Assembly: GCA_965112155.1 (NCBI GenBank)
Contig: OZ218108.1
From: Podarcis liolepis
Taxonomy: Eukaryota
DNA length: 64,000 nucleotides
Strand: one strand, 5' to 3'
A model generated the notes under the pieces. The model was not told the origin of the DNA and searched no databases. It saw only the letters and a list, made by a program, of their open reading frames with translations. Shown here one piece after another: positions 24,288 through 36,031 of this stretch. Numbering within the stretch: the stretch's first letter is position 1; every line of letters begins with the position of its first letter. Made by a program: the position numbers and the translations under genes.

Positions 24288-26413
24288 TTTTTTTTTTTAT
24301 AAATTTTTTATTGGTTTTACAAAAATTTTTAAGACAATACAAACATATAAAAAGATATACAAACACGTATAATTTCATAACCTTTTTTTTCATAAACCGT
24401 GTTTCTCCGACTTCCCCATACCTCCCCTTTCTGCATCCCAATGTCCAAAAGTTTTTAGCAACTCTGAATATATCTGTCAATCCTCTGTCCTCTTAGTCTT
24501 TCCTTCAACCTAGTCTTATATCACTGTATCCCTTTCTTACTCAAACCTCGACATTCTAACATTCATCAAGTTTATAATAGTCCTTAAGGTAGATTTTGAA
24601 TTTCTTCCATTCTTCTTCCGCCGTCTCCTTTCCCTGATCGCGGATTCTGCCAGTCATCTCAGCTAATGTCATATAGTCCATCACTTTCATCTGCCATTCT
24701 TCCAGGGTGGGTAAATCTTGTGTCTTCCAATACTTTGCGATGAGTATTCTTGCTGCTGTTGTAGCATACATAAAGAAAGTTCTGTCCTTCTTTGACACCA
24801 ATTGGCCGACAATGCCCAAGAGAAAGGCCTCTGGTTTTTTAGGAAAAGTACATTTAAGTATCTTTTTCATTTCATTGTATATCATTTCCCAGAAAGCCTT
24901 AATCTTCGGGCATGTCCACCAAAGGTGATAGAAAGTACCTTCAGTTTCTTTACATTTCCAACACTTATTGTCAGGCAAATGGTAGATTTTTGCTAGCTTG
25001 ACTGGGGTCATGTACCACCTGTAAATCATTTTCATAATGTTTTCCTTTAAGGCATTACATGCCGTGAATTTAATACCGGTGTTCCACAACCATTCCCAGT
25101 CAGCAAACATAATGTTATGACCAATGTCCTGTGCCCACTTAATCATAGCCGATTTGACTGTTTCATCTTGTGTATTCCATTTCAGCAGCAAATTATACAT
25201 TCTTGACAAATTCTTAGAATTGGGTTCTAACAGTTCAGTCTCTAATTTTGATTTTTCCACCTGAAAGCCAATTTTCCTGTCCTGTTTAAAAATCTCCATT
25301 ATTTGGTAATATTGAAGCCAATTTTGTACTTTAGGTTTCATTTTCTCATGACTTTGTAATTTCAATTTATCTCCCTCCTGTTCCAAGATTTCCCAATACT
25401 TCGGCCATCCGACCTCCATATTGAGTTTCTTCAATGCCTTAGCCTCCACGGGTGACACCCATCTAGGGGTTTTGTTTTCCAACAGATCTTTATATCTTAT
25501 CCAGACATTAAACAATGCTTTTCTAACAATATGGTTTTTAAAGGCCCTATGCACCTTGATTTTATCATACCATAGATATGCATGCCAACCAAATGCATTA
25601 TTGAAACCTTCCAAATCCAAAATGTCTGTGTTCTCGAGGAGCATCCACTCTTTCAGCCAGCAAAACGCTGCTGCTTCATAGTACAATTTTAAGTCCGGCA
25701 GGGCAAATCCCCCTCTTTCTTTAGCATCTGTCAGTATTTTAAATTTAATTCTGGGCTTTTTGCCCTGCCAGACAAATTTCGAAATATCTTTCTGCCACCT
25801 CTTGAAACAATCCATCTTCTCAAGAATCTGCAAGGCTTGAAACAAAAATAACATTCTAGGCAATACATTCATCTTAATCACTGCAATTCGGCCTAACATT
25901 GACAATTTCAAATTTGACCATATTTCTAGATCTTTTTTAATTTCTGACCAGCATTTTTCATAATTGTCCTTATACAAGTTCAAATTTTTTGATGTCAAAT
26001 AAACCCCTAGGTATTTCACCTTCTTAACCAGTGTCAAACCTGTCTCTTCTTGAAATTTCTCCTTCTCCGCGGCTGTTAAATTTTTTTCTAAGACTTTAGT
26101 TTTTTGTTTGTTCAGTTTAAATCCAGCTACCTGGCCAAATTGTTGAATTATCTCCAACACCCTTTTCGTACTAGTGTCAGGCTCTTGTAGAGTCAATACT
26201 AAGTCATCTGCAAATGCCCTTAACTTATAATGTTTATCTCCGACCTGTATACCTTTAACCTGCTGGTCATTTCTAATCATATTCAGCAACACCTCCAGAA
26301 CTGAAATAAAAAGCAATGGGGAAATTGGGCATCCCTGTCATGTTCCTTTTTCTATCCTGAGTTCCTCAGTTACCACATTATTTACAATTAGTTTGGCTTT
26401 TTGTTCAGAGTAT
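24288..26413 (-). mobile_element. 5'-truncated L1-clade LINE (ORF2 RT + C-terminal zinc knuckle, 3'UTR, poly-A)
   Basis: 586-aa ORF 24556-26316 with RT motif AFADDL, KYLG, GRIAVIKMNVLP, GGFALPD and CWKC..FYHLWWTC. Poly-A tail seen as T-run ~24287-24298. Candidate TSD ATTTGAAT at 24280-24287 and 26414-26421. Confidence 0.93.
24556..26316 (-). CDS. L1 ORF2 fragment (reverse transcriptase C-half), truncated copy
   Basis: ORF-track protein has canonical L1 RT motifs. The frame continues upstream through GT*QGCPISPLLF, with one TGA at 26338-26340. Confidence 0.85.
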   Translation of the reverse strand: MLFISVLEVLLNMIRNDQQVKGIQVGDKHYKLRAFADDLVLTLQEPDTSTKRVLEIIQQFGQVAGFKLNKQKTKVLEKNLTAAEKEKFQEETGLTLVKKVKYLGVYLTSKNLNLYKDNYEKCWSEIKKDLEIWSNLKLSMLGRIAVIKMNVLPRMLFLFQALQILEKMDCFKRWQKDISKFVWQGKKPRIKFKILTDAKERGGFALPDLKLYYEAAAFCWLKEWMLLENTDILDLEGFNNAFGWHAYLWYDKIKVHRAFKNHIVRKALFNVWIRYKDLLENKTPRWVSPVEAKALKKLNMEVGWPKYWEILEQEGDKLKLQSHEKMKPKVQNWLQYYQIMEIFKQDRKIGFQVEKSKLETELLEPNSKNLSRMYNLLLKWNTQDETVKSAMIKWAQDIGHNIMFADWEWLWNTGIKFTACNALKENIMKMIYRWYMTPVKLAKIYHLPDNKCWKCKETEGTFYHLWWTCPKIKAFWEMIYNEMKKILKCTFPKKPEAFLLGIVGQLVSKKDRTFFMYATTAARILIAKYWKTQDLPTLEEWQMKVMDYMTLAEMTGRIRDQGKETAEEEWKKFKIYLKDYYKLDEC

Positions 26414-26696
26414 ATTTGAATATAGCCACACCAAGAGTTCTCATTCTCAGTCATGTGTTGGCTATGAAATCTGATTTCACAATACAATAGTAGATAGGCC
26501 TGTAAAATCTTTATCCCAGATGGTATCGGTTTGGGATTTGGTTTGATGTGTGTGCAGCTGTTGATTTAAACCATTGTTATATTTATAGTTGATTTTTCTA
26601 GTTGTTTTTATATATGCAATTGTTTTTAAAGGTGTAACTTTTATATATGTCATTGTAAATTGCTTTAGGTGGCCTCATGGGAAGTGACTCAGAAAT

Positions 26697-26727
<31 letters not shown>

Positions 26728-26744
26728 CAGTAGTAGTAGTAGTA
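26697..26744. repeat. (GTA)n microsatellite
   Basis: Direct reading, with one GCA interruption. Confidence 0.95.
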
Positions 26745-26802
26745 AGCAAGACAAGCCATGATCCTCAGTTCAGACATAATGCTAAGCTAGAGATCATGGT
26801 TT

Positions 26803-26915
26803 CATAGAATCATAGAATTGTAGAGTTTGAAGAGACCCCAAGGGTCATCTAGCACAACTCCCTGCAATGCAGAAATCTCAGCTAAAGCATCCATGACAGA
26901 TGACCATCCAACCTC
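26803..26915 (-). mobile_element. CR1 LINE 3' end
   Basis: CATAGAATCATAGAAT octamer tail (reverse of ATTCTATG repeats) plus GGGTCATCTAG..CCCTGCAATGCAG. Confidence 0.75.
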
Positions 26916-26929
26916 CTGTGCATACTCAT

Positions 26930-27701
26930 TGCAAATAGGATCCTCCTAATTGAGGGTCCTGGTTGCGCAAGGGCACTCAGGGCACGCCAAGGGTTAATTT
27001 AGTTGGAGGGGTGTAACCCAAGCCCTAGCCCTGGGATCACGCCAGGCTGTCTGGGCCAATCGCCTGGGGGTGGCGTGATCCCAGGGGCTGTTAAGAAAGG
27101 CAGTGCAACGTAATTGGGGGTACTTGCTTCTCGCTGCCGAACACCCGCCCCCTTCCCTTGTGTTAGGCAGTGTTGCTTTGGCCGTGTTTTGGTTTGGGTC
27201 GCCTGTTTTGGAACAGGGGCTGGGTAGGAATTTTTACCATTTGGCAGATTGGCTGCAGCCACTTGGTTTTCGCCTACCCCCTCAGCAATCGTCACAACTT
27301 GTAAGGTGGTGGTGGTTAGGCATTGCATTGGCTCATTGAAATGTGGGGGAGGGGAGATGCAGCCATCATCTGCCCCTCCAGGAACAGGGTATTCTGGTAA
27401 AGGAATTTGGGGGTCCTGGATCTCGTCTGAAATCCGCTTGAGGGGCTAGGGCCATGCCAAGACCACAGGAACCCCGGGGTGAGCTTTGGTTGGCCTTCAT
27501 CCATGTTGCTCCCTCGTGTGGTTTACCCTTTTAGACTACCAATCAGAAAGGTGGAGTCAGTTATAGTTTGGAGCCAATACTGCTCACATGGTTGTATTAA
27601 ATAAAGTTGTGGCCAAAATATGCCCAAAATTTAAACTAAAATAAGTGTCAGTGTGAAGTTATTTCAAGGGGGGTGGGATCCTGGGGGCCTCGAAGTGCAA
27701 A
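26930..27701 (+). mobile_element. LTR-like terminal repeat, possibly DIRS/Ngaro type
   Basis: GC-rich block ending AATAAAGTTGTGGCC...GCAA. TGCAAA at both junctions instead of a clear TSD. Family assignment is from recollection. Confidence 0.5.
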
Positions 27702-30334
27702 CCATTAACTATGGTTTACTGTGAAGTATAAGCAAGACCAATATAGACAAATTTGCATGGCTGGATTAAAACTTTGGCTTTTATATCATACTACTTCTGA
27801 GTGCCAACCCTCCTGAACTTTCACAATTAATAAACTAAACTTCAATAAACAAAGATGATTGGCTTCAATGTTTTCTGTGGATGAAACACAACAGTTCTAC
27901 TATCATGTAAGAAATCTGACCTTGTTTTTCATTCAGTAAGAATTGGGCATCTTGATATCAAGATCTGCCATTAGTAACTATCCAAGCATACATAATAACC
28001 TTCCCTAGAAAACATGTACATGCATACAGAGTTTTTCAAGACCAGTCACAATTATGGGGTAGGGTGATAATGTATTATAGACTTGTTGCTAACAAACTTG
28101 CAGATTCTGCGAATGGGAAACAATATAATCACATTCCACTAAGTACTTTAAATATCTAGGCCAGTAAGCAGAAATACATTCTTTATGTAAAGTGAGTTTG
28201 AAAGATGTATTTTCTTTTGTAACATAGCTATGAGGTGTGGTCATGTTAAACCTAAAGGGCATAGGCTTGTTTATGGTGGTTAATCAGCTTGGCAGACAAA
28301 TACAATGTTCTGCTTCTACTCTTAGCAATAAATTGTTTAAATCAACTTGTTACTACTTATATTCTTTATGAGCAGGTATCTAAGTGACAAGCAGACATTG
28401 CTCCCGGGTAAGAGTGGGAGGATTGAAAATAATTCATTTCTTCAGTATGTAGAGACATTTCAGATTCTAGTATAACACCAGAAACAAGTTTTGCATTTCT
28501 TCAGTTAGAGGTCAGTTACAAAATAGAGTTGTGCTTATTGTGCTAAAAACTTCATTTGATTCATTGTGCTATTGCTGTAACATTGTGAGATTGTACACAT
28601 TCTTCTGTGTACAGATTATTCTATGCAAAGTGTTACTGTACTAGTACTATGGAGGCGTTCAGGTGTGGTTAGTTCACATCTCCCCGCCCCTTGAAGGAGA
28701 TTTTGTATGTAGCAAAGGGTGATTTCCCACACATACTTTTCCTCCTCACAAGAAGGTGATTTCCCCACCCCTCCACCCCGTGCATGTTTTTTCCTCTTGT
28801 GGAGGTGGAGAACAGCTGCTTGCTCTTAGGGGCATATCAGTAAGAGAGATGGTTCCTTTCACTTAGAATGAAGTTTATGAGATTTCTTGATCCCTGTGGT
28901 TACATAATCTTGGACCAGCTACAAGAAAAGATTTGTCTTCTTTGCAGGCAGACTTTACCTATGATGTAGCTATCTGTTCCTGAGCAGGCCACCCATGAAA
29001 CACACCAAGCTCACCAAGTCTGGTTAAGTGGCCCAGATGCCTTCCTTCTCCCCTCCACCCTGCCCATAATCATTGCTTCCATATAGTTGTAGTGTATGCT
29101 AGCAGCACAGCTCTAGCTGCTTCTTGTTGATGCTTCTCAATCAGTCATTGGAGGCTATGGGAAGTCTACTTGTTTTAAGTTGGCCTTCAGGGAATTAAAT
29201 CTGTCCTGGAGCCTGTTCTGATACCTGCTTGGGTTTTCTTTCAGTGATATGCTGTGTTTTGAAACGATTTTATGGCTGCCTTTGATTGTGGGAATTTTAA
29301 TTGTTTAATTAAGAAGATAGTGAAGTTTTAACTATGTGGCAAGCTACCTGAAGCAGGGCAAAAATCTTTTAAATAAATCATAAAGAAGCATGTGGTGCTG
29401 AGCCTAGAGCGTTGGCATCCACCAGAGAGCGGCAGGGATGTAAAAATGGGTGAAGACCACAGAATAGAAAGTCAGAGAAGGGTGATGGCCTGCTCAGTCA
29501 TTTAACTAAGAAATACTGGCATTATTAGCTTCACTGTACCACAACAGCTGCTGCTGTTTGCTTGTCCTGGGGACAAACTGGATGTGACTTACGAGATCTG
29601 TGATTGGATTTCCAAACATTTTTTCCTCCCCCCCCCAACTTAAAAGCAGCTGTGGGTCCCCCTAATTTTGATTGGAACTGTTGTACTGGAGGAGAGGGTG
29701 TTTAAACTTTCCCCTTCACCCTTGCACACCCTAAAAAAAAAATTACACATAGTGCCACTTGGTGTATCCATATTTTTCTTCCTCAGCAGAAAAGATTTAG
29801 ATGGGGGGGAAGTCTGGGTTCCCCAACTTTCTTGAAGTGGAAAAAGTCTGGAGACCCAAGCACAAATAACCCACTGCTAAATTTATTTTAGCCCTTAGTT
29901 GACCTGCTTCTGAGCATTGATAACACCATTACCTTGTGAGTTTATACTTTTTTTTTGAGGCCAGTAGTGCACAGAGAACAAAACCTGGTAAATTTCATTC
30001 ATATTCTATTATAGCTGTTGGAGCTAGAATTTCACAGAAGTAATAGTCATCCAAATTGGTTAGTGGATGAGAAACAGTCAGTAACAACCCCTTTCTACAG
30101 AGTCTTCATTGGGAGAGTGTTCATCATGGTGCAGTGTTTAAGGATCCAAATACACCTGTACTGTTTTGTAAAGTAATTCTGTTTCTTACAATAATGAATT
30201 GTAGCATACACAGACATACTCATTTTGGAAGCTGCCCCGTACTATGTCAGGTTATTGGCTACACATAGCGGAAGGTATTTTCACTTGCAAATATACTGGA
30301 GATCAAACATTGAAATACTTGTTTAGTTTTCTTA

Positions 30335-30450
30335 TAAGAACATGAGAAGACTCTGCTGGGTCAGGCCAATGGCCCGCATAATCCAACATCCTAATCTCAT
30401 AGTGGCCAACCAGACCCCTGTGGCAAGCCTTCAGGTAGGACCTGAGCATC
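30335..30450 (-). mobile_element. CR1 3'UTR fragment
   Basis: TAAGAACATGAGAAGACTCTGCTGGGTCAGGCCAATGGCCC..TCCAACATCC, similar to the 16220 copy. Confidence 0.65.
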
Positions 30451-31866
30451 CTTCAGTTGGGCCAGCTCTTTTGTGGTCGGCTCCTTTTGACTTCTGGAGG
30501 TGCAGTTGCAGGAAGGGGCATTCTCTCTGTGAATAAATAAATCTTCAGGAGAAAAAAGAAAATGCATTGCATGTTTCTAATTGGGCACAATAATACAGAA
30601 GTGAGCCATTTGACATAGTTTTGCTGACAGGCAGCCAGGAATAGCTAGTGGCAGTCTGTTAATTAGGCTCTGAACCGTTTCGAACAGTCTAGTGTTAAAG
30701 TTGTTATGCACGCTGCTCTTTGTGTGCTTAAATGGGGAAAGAACGGTTTGTTGGCATTCTGTGTGTTAATGTTGGTTGAGATTATGTTGTCACTTTTACG
30801 TTGATTCTGTGATACAATATCAAATAGTTTGCTAGATTTGGTATGACCTTTGGACTTAAACAACAAAAAGAGTTTTCTAGACATAGCATTGATTGATGTA
30901 CTAGCTGACACTGTGTACAGTTTTAAGATACTTTTGCTTCATTTTTAACATGTATTGCTTTTTGTTTGCACACTTTACCTATAACAAAGAAAGTTGCTAC
31001 AGATAGCTTCATTTTTAGCTTATTTCTGCCCAAGATGCCTTGCTTGCAGAACTGGCATCCCTAATCAGGTAGGTCATAGGAACTATTTATTATCTCTCCC
31101 TCCCCCTTAAATCTAACTATCCTTGTAAACTTGTAGAACTAATGCATGTATGTGTTCTGTCCATTAGTTTGGCAACTCACTTCTACCTATGTGGTCCTCT
31201 TAAGTAACAGGGCACTAAAGCCATTGGAGATGTCAGGTTCTGATGTAATTCCACCTTTGGGTATCTGACATCTGGTCTTGGGCAGCTTGAACAGGGTATA
31301 CCTGTCCATTTGCCCTAAGAAAAAGCAAAAAGCTCCATATTTCCACATTCCTCACACCTTCTCCTCCTCTTCTGCTGTCTCCTTGCTATCTGTCTCTTCT
31401 TGCATTGTCACTGCAAAAAATATCAGAATTCAGCATCAAGTCAAATACAGACAAGTGCCAGTCTTGCATGGCTAAACTCTCTGACTCCAACAGCCAAAGC
31501 AAGTGCCTCTTCTATCTGAGTGAATTCCATTTCTGGAAACTTTCCAGCACTGTCTACAGTGAAATTAACTTCATCTGCCTAAGAGAAAGTGGATAATTGG
31601 GGAACAAGGTAACACTCACACATTGTTTGCTTTATGATGTTATATTTAATAAAAGAAAATGCTTATCTCTATGTTCATTTCCCACATAGTGGACATCAAG
31701 CAGCTCTTTGGAGCAATAGTGCCCCAATTTCATTAGCTATGTGAGGGACCACAGTGGTGTTTGAAATTTGGCTTTGGCTGTGGCTGGTAACTTTCAGTAA
31801 GCCTCGTTGCTTTAGTGGGTATGTGTAAAACATGATTATGCCCATTTCAGCTATAATAATTCTAGC

Positions 31867-31986
31867 AGGCATTAAGTTGGAGGATTTTTTAATTATTATT
31901 TTTAAAACCTATCCCAAATCTAGGATAGGCATTAAGTTGGAGGATTTTTTAATTATTATTTTTAAAACCTATCCCAAATCTAGGAT
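31867..31986. repeat. Perfect 60-bp tandem duplication
   Basis: AGGCATTAAG...CCCAAATCTAGGAT at 31867-31926 is repeated identically at 31927-31986. Confidence 0.95.
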
Positions 31987-34900
31987 ATTTTAATTTAAAT
32001 ACAACTGTGTATACTGTTTATATGCTGAAATAAATTTTGTAGATGTCTATATGTGGTAGTACTTTTAATGCGGCTTATGCTTGTTGTGGCATGGACAGTA
32101 GTCGGTAAACAAATTTCCAAAACCTGAATGCTATCCATTTTGGTTTATTTCTTCAGAGAATTGGAACATGAATCTCAAGGTTTTTGTTATAAAATTTTAT
32201 GGTGTTCTATCAAGTCACCTTGGAGGAATTAATAGAGATGCAGTTGAAAAAATACATTGTCTCTGTGTCTGGGAAAGCATTCATTTGGTCCTGGCATCAT
32301 TGGGGGATAGAGGGCTCATTCTAAGAAGAAAATAGTATCAGGACAAGCCGTGGTGATTACCTACTATGTTGGCTGGCCACCCCTATGTAAATTACCACTA
32401 AAAGAAAAATAAGCTAATTACTAAAATAAATCAGCTCCTATAGGTAATAATACTGATTACAAAATATGGTATCCAGTATTAGCCCTGCTCAGAGTAAGCC
32501 TATTGTAGTTAGTGGACCTGACTAATTTAGGTTCATTCATTTCAGTAAGTCTACTTTGAGTAGGACCAGAATTGGAAACAACTCCAAGTTAAGATCTCAA
32601 ATCAATTTGGTAGACTAATTCCCAGGCATGCAATTTAAAGGTGTTAAAAGTTTCTGTTTGTTGGCAGAGAGATGAAGAGGTTACAAATATAGAAGGATCT
32701 GTTTTAATGCAAAGAGATGAATGGTTCATTTTTCATAGAGTCTGCTTTGGCTTTCCTGCCACTTCAGACCGTGGCATTAGCCCCTTCACGTTGCTTCTGA
32801 GAGTGCTAAACTAGAAGCAGTATTGTAAACAAAGGGAACAGGGAAATGATATATGCAACTGAAGCAGTGCATTACTCAGTTCCTTTCCATTTTAGACAGC
32901 TGAACAGCTCCAGCATGTTGCATACTGCCATTTAAACCCACCCGCTGAAAGCAAAAGCATCCAGGAAGACTGTGAATGGTGCCCCCCCCCCATAAGAATA
33001 GTTATGTTTCGACCTCCTGGAACTTCTTTTAGTTTTTTTTTTTTTAAAGCAGCCACCAGAAGATTGGTTTATAATAGAAGAGTTAAGGGCATGGCAACTT
33101 TCCAAATTCCCATAGTCGGTAAACCCAGATGTTACCTGTCAAGTTGCTCATAGCTTTAACAGATCTGTCACAAGGTCAGACAAATACAATTTCCCCATTA
33201 CTTTCCTTGGCTCCTTTTCTTAAGTCTTCAGTTAAGATCAGTGGAAGAGTTGAATCACAGTCATTGACCTCATGTATTTAGTTACGTTGCTTTACTCTGA
33301 TGTTTTAAAAAATTCAGACATATATTGGGCTTTAAAACACAAAGAGCAATATAACATAAACCATTTTGTGGGCTTGTGCCGCATGCTTTAGTCTATTTCT
33401 GCAATTGGCGTATGATAAGAGCCTGGCTCCCTTTAATGTGTTTGTGTGTTATAAAATGCAGCTTCAAACATTGTTATGGACATGTATTGATTGATAATTC
33501 CCAATGCATTTTTTGAAATATCAGAATTGTAAGAGAGGAAGTGGAAAATACATATAATATGGGTTATAGGAACTGTTGTTGCTTGTCTGTCCATCTCTTG
33601 CATAATGTTCAACATCAATATTGGAATATGTATACAAAACACAACTGGCATGATCTAGCTAGCCAACATGAGGTGCTCTTGGTATTTCAGTGTAATTGAT
33701 CCACAGATGTACTTTAACTTCCTTTGAAATAGATGGAAATTAAAAGGGTTTCCTTCTGAATGGATTAGGATATTTCTAGTATCCAAGTACATTCTTCTTG
33801 ATGTGAAACTCTTCTAGAATTTGTACTTAAGTATATTGAGCATATTGTTTTACATTCTTTTACATACGTTCTGTTTTCGGTTGGTTAGATTAATGTACCC
33901 TGATATCGGGTACTGACTACACTCACACATAACGCGCTAAGCCAAACCATGGCTGGCACAAACACGCTGGCTCCCAAGAAGGAAATTACAGCTCATTTTC
34001 TCCTCCCTAGACGTTCTAGCTCAGTGCAGGGACGGCAGCTAAGCTAACATTTGGCTTAGCTTGTCACCCAGACTAGGCTCATGCTTGAGCAAATTGTTTC
34101 TTCTTGGCTACAGATCATGGTAAAGAAAGAAGGGACCTTAACTACTATCCCAGGTTCAGATAACATGCTAAGCTAAACCTTAGCTTAGCTGCCCTACTAA
34201 AAGGAATCCAAATGCTTCATAACCTTTGGCATTTATTAACGTGTGCATTTATAAGTTGCCTTTATAAAACTAGCTGTCATTGTGTTGTATATTTGAGTAG
34301 TGAAATGATTTGTTCCATAAAGGCCTATCATCTAGTCATGGATTTGCCATGACAGTTTGAAATATTCACATACAGTGAAAACTCCTTGTTGTGACTTATT
34401 CTCACCCATAATTGCATGGTTTAGAGTAGCCTTTCGATTCTTCTAGGATTTCCAAGCACAGGTATAAATGTAAGACATAAAGGAAAATATCTTGATGCCA
34501 AGTCTAGTCAAATTTATTTTCATTTGCTATAAATATTGGGCTGTCTGGAGTCATCTTCACTATCATGTAGCTGAACTCCCAGTTTGCAACACACATTTTA
34601 ATTTGTCTATTACTAGTCTGCTGCCAGGCAGTAATAAAAATATATTAACTTTCTGATCAAATGTTATGATCTCTCTCATTTTCTTTCTAGATGGTTTATT
34701 GTTCCACATTATTCTTTAATTTGTTCATTGTTAATAGGTTTTAGTATCTTATCACATTGATTTGGTGCCAAACAGAAGCCCCAGCTATCTTTTGAACATC
34801 TGTTCAGGCTATTAATAGTCTACACTTTGATTTTTCAGACAGTTGTAAATGTGAAGCAAAGGCACAAACCTGGCTCATTACTTTTCAGTCCTTATTTCTT

Positions 34901-35253
34901 TTTTATGTTTAATTTTTATTGAGTATAGATTGTACATACATATATTCTTGAGTTATTTACAACATAAATCCTTAAATTAATACATTATACAGTACATCTA
35001 CCCATACAAATCTTTTTCCACCCGTGACTTCCCACCACCTCACTGCAGCTTACATTTCAGTCCTTATGATTCAGTATGTATGTACCTCTCTTAGCTCTTT
35101 TATGTGCAGGTCCTTCTACAATAAAGCCTGAAGCTTAGGGAACATTTTTGTTTGAGTGGCTGCAAGTGGGTGTAATTAAACTGATATTGTGGGGACAGGC
35201 TTGCAGAATCCGTTTTGTGATTTGGGAGAGGCATCATAGAGCCTATTTAAATA

Positions 35254-36031
35254 CAGTGGAACCCCACAAGACGAACGCCTCGCGAGACGAAAAACTCGCA
35301 AAACGAAAGGTTTTTTGGTTTTCGAGTTGCCTCGCAAGACGAATTTCCCTATGGGCTTGCTTCGCAAAACGAAGCTTGCCCCGGGGACAGCGGGTCTTCT
35401 CTTTTGAAGCAAGGGGCGGCGGGGAGAAGCGATCTTCTCCCCGCAGCCCCAGGTCCGGGGACAGCGGGAAGCGCTTCCCGCTGCCCCTGGACCTCTTTTG
35501 AAGCAAGGGGCTGCGGGGAGATCGCTTCTCCCGGTGCTCCAAAGTGGGGCGGGGGGGCGGGAACACCTTCCCCCACCGCCCCGCTTCGGAACGGTGCTCC
35601 GAAGCGGGGCGGGGGGTGGGAACACCTTCTGAAGGCTGGCGGGGGGCAAAAGTCTTTGTCCCCCCTGCCTGCCTTCCCAGGGGCTTTTAAATCGCCCCGG
35701 ACAGCGGAGAAGTCCTCCGCTGTCCCGGGGCGATTTTAAAATGCCGCCCGCCAGCATTTTAAGATTGCCCGGACAGCGGAGAAGTCCTCCGCTGTCCCGG
35801 GGTTTTTTAAAATGCTGGGGGTGGGAAGAAAAGCCCTTATCCCCCCCCCCAGCCTTCAGAAGAGGTCCGGGGACAGACTGTCCCCGGACCTGGTCTGAAG
35901 GCGGTTTCCCTAGGAACGCATTAATTGATTTTCAATGCATTCCTATGGGAAACCGTGCATCGCAAGACGAAAAACCCGCAAGACGAAGAGACTTGCGGAA
36001 CGAATTAATTTCGTCTTGCGAGGCACCACTG
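35254..36031. mobile_element. Tigger-like non-autonomous element with GC-rich internal repeats
   Basis: TA TSD. TIR CAGTGGAACCCCACAAGACGAA vs TTCGTCTTGCGAGGCACCACTG. Subterminal CGCAAGACGAA repeats and internal CGG(GG)ACAGCGG modules in both orientations. Confidence 0.88.
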
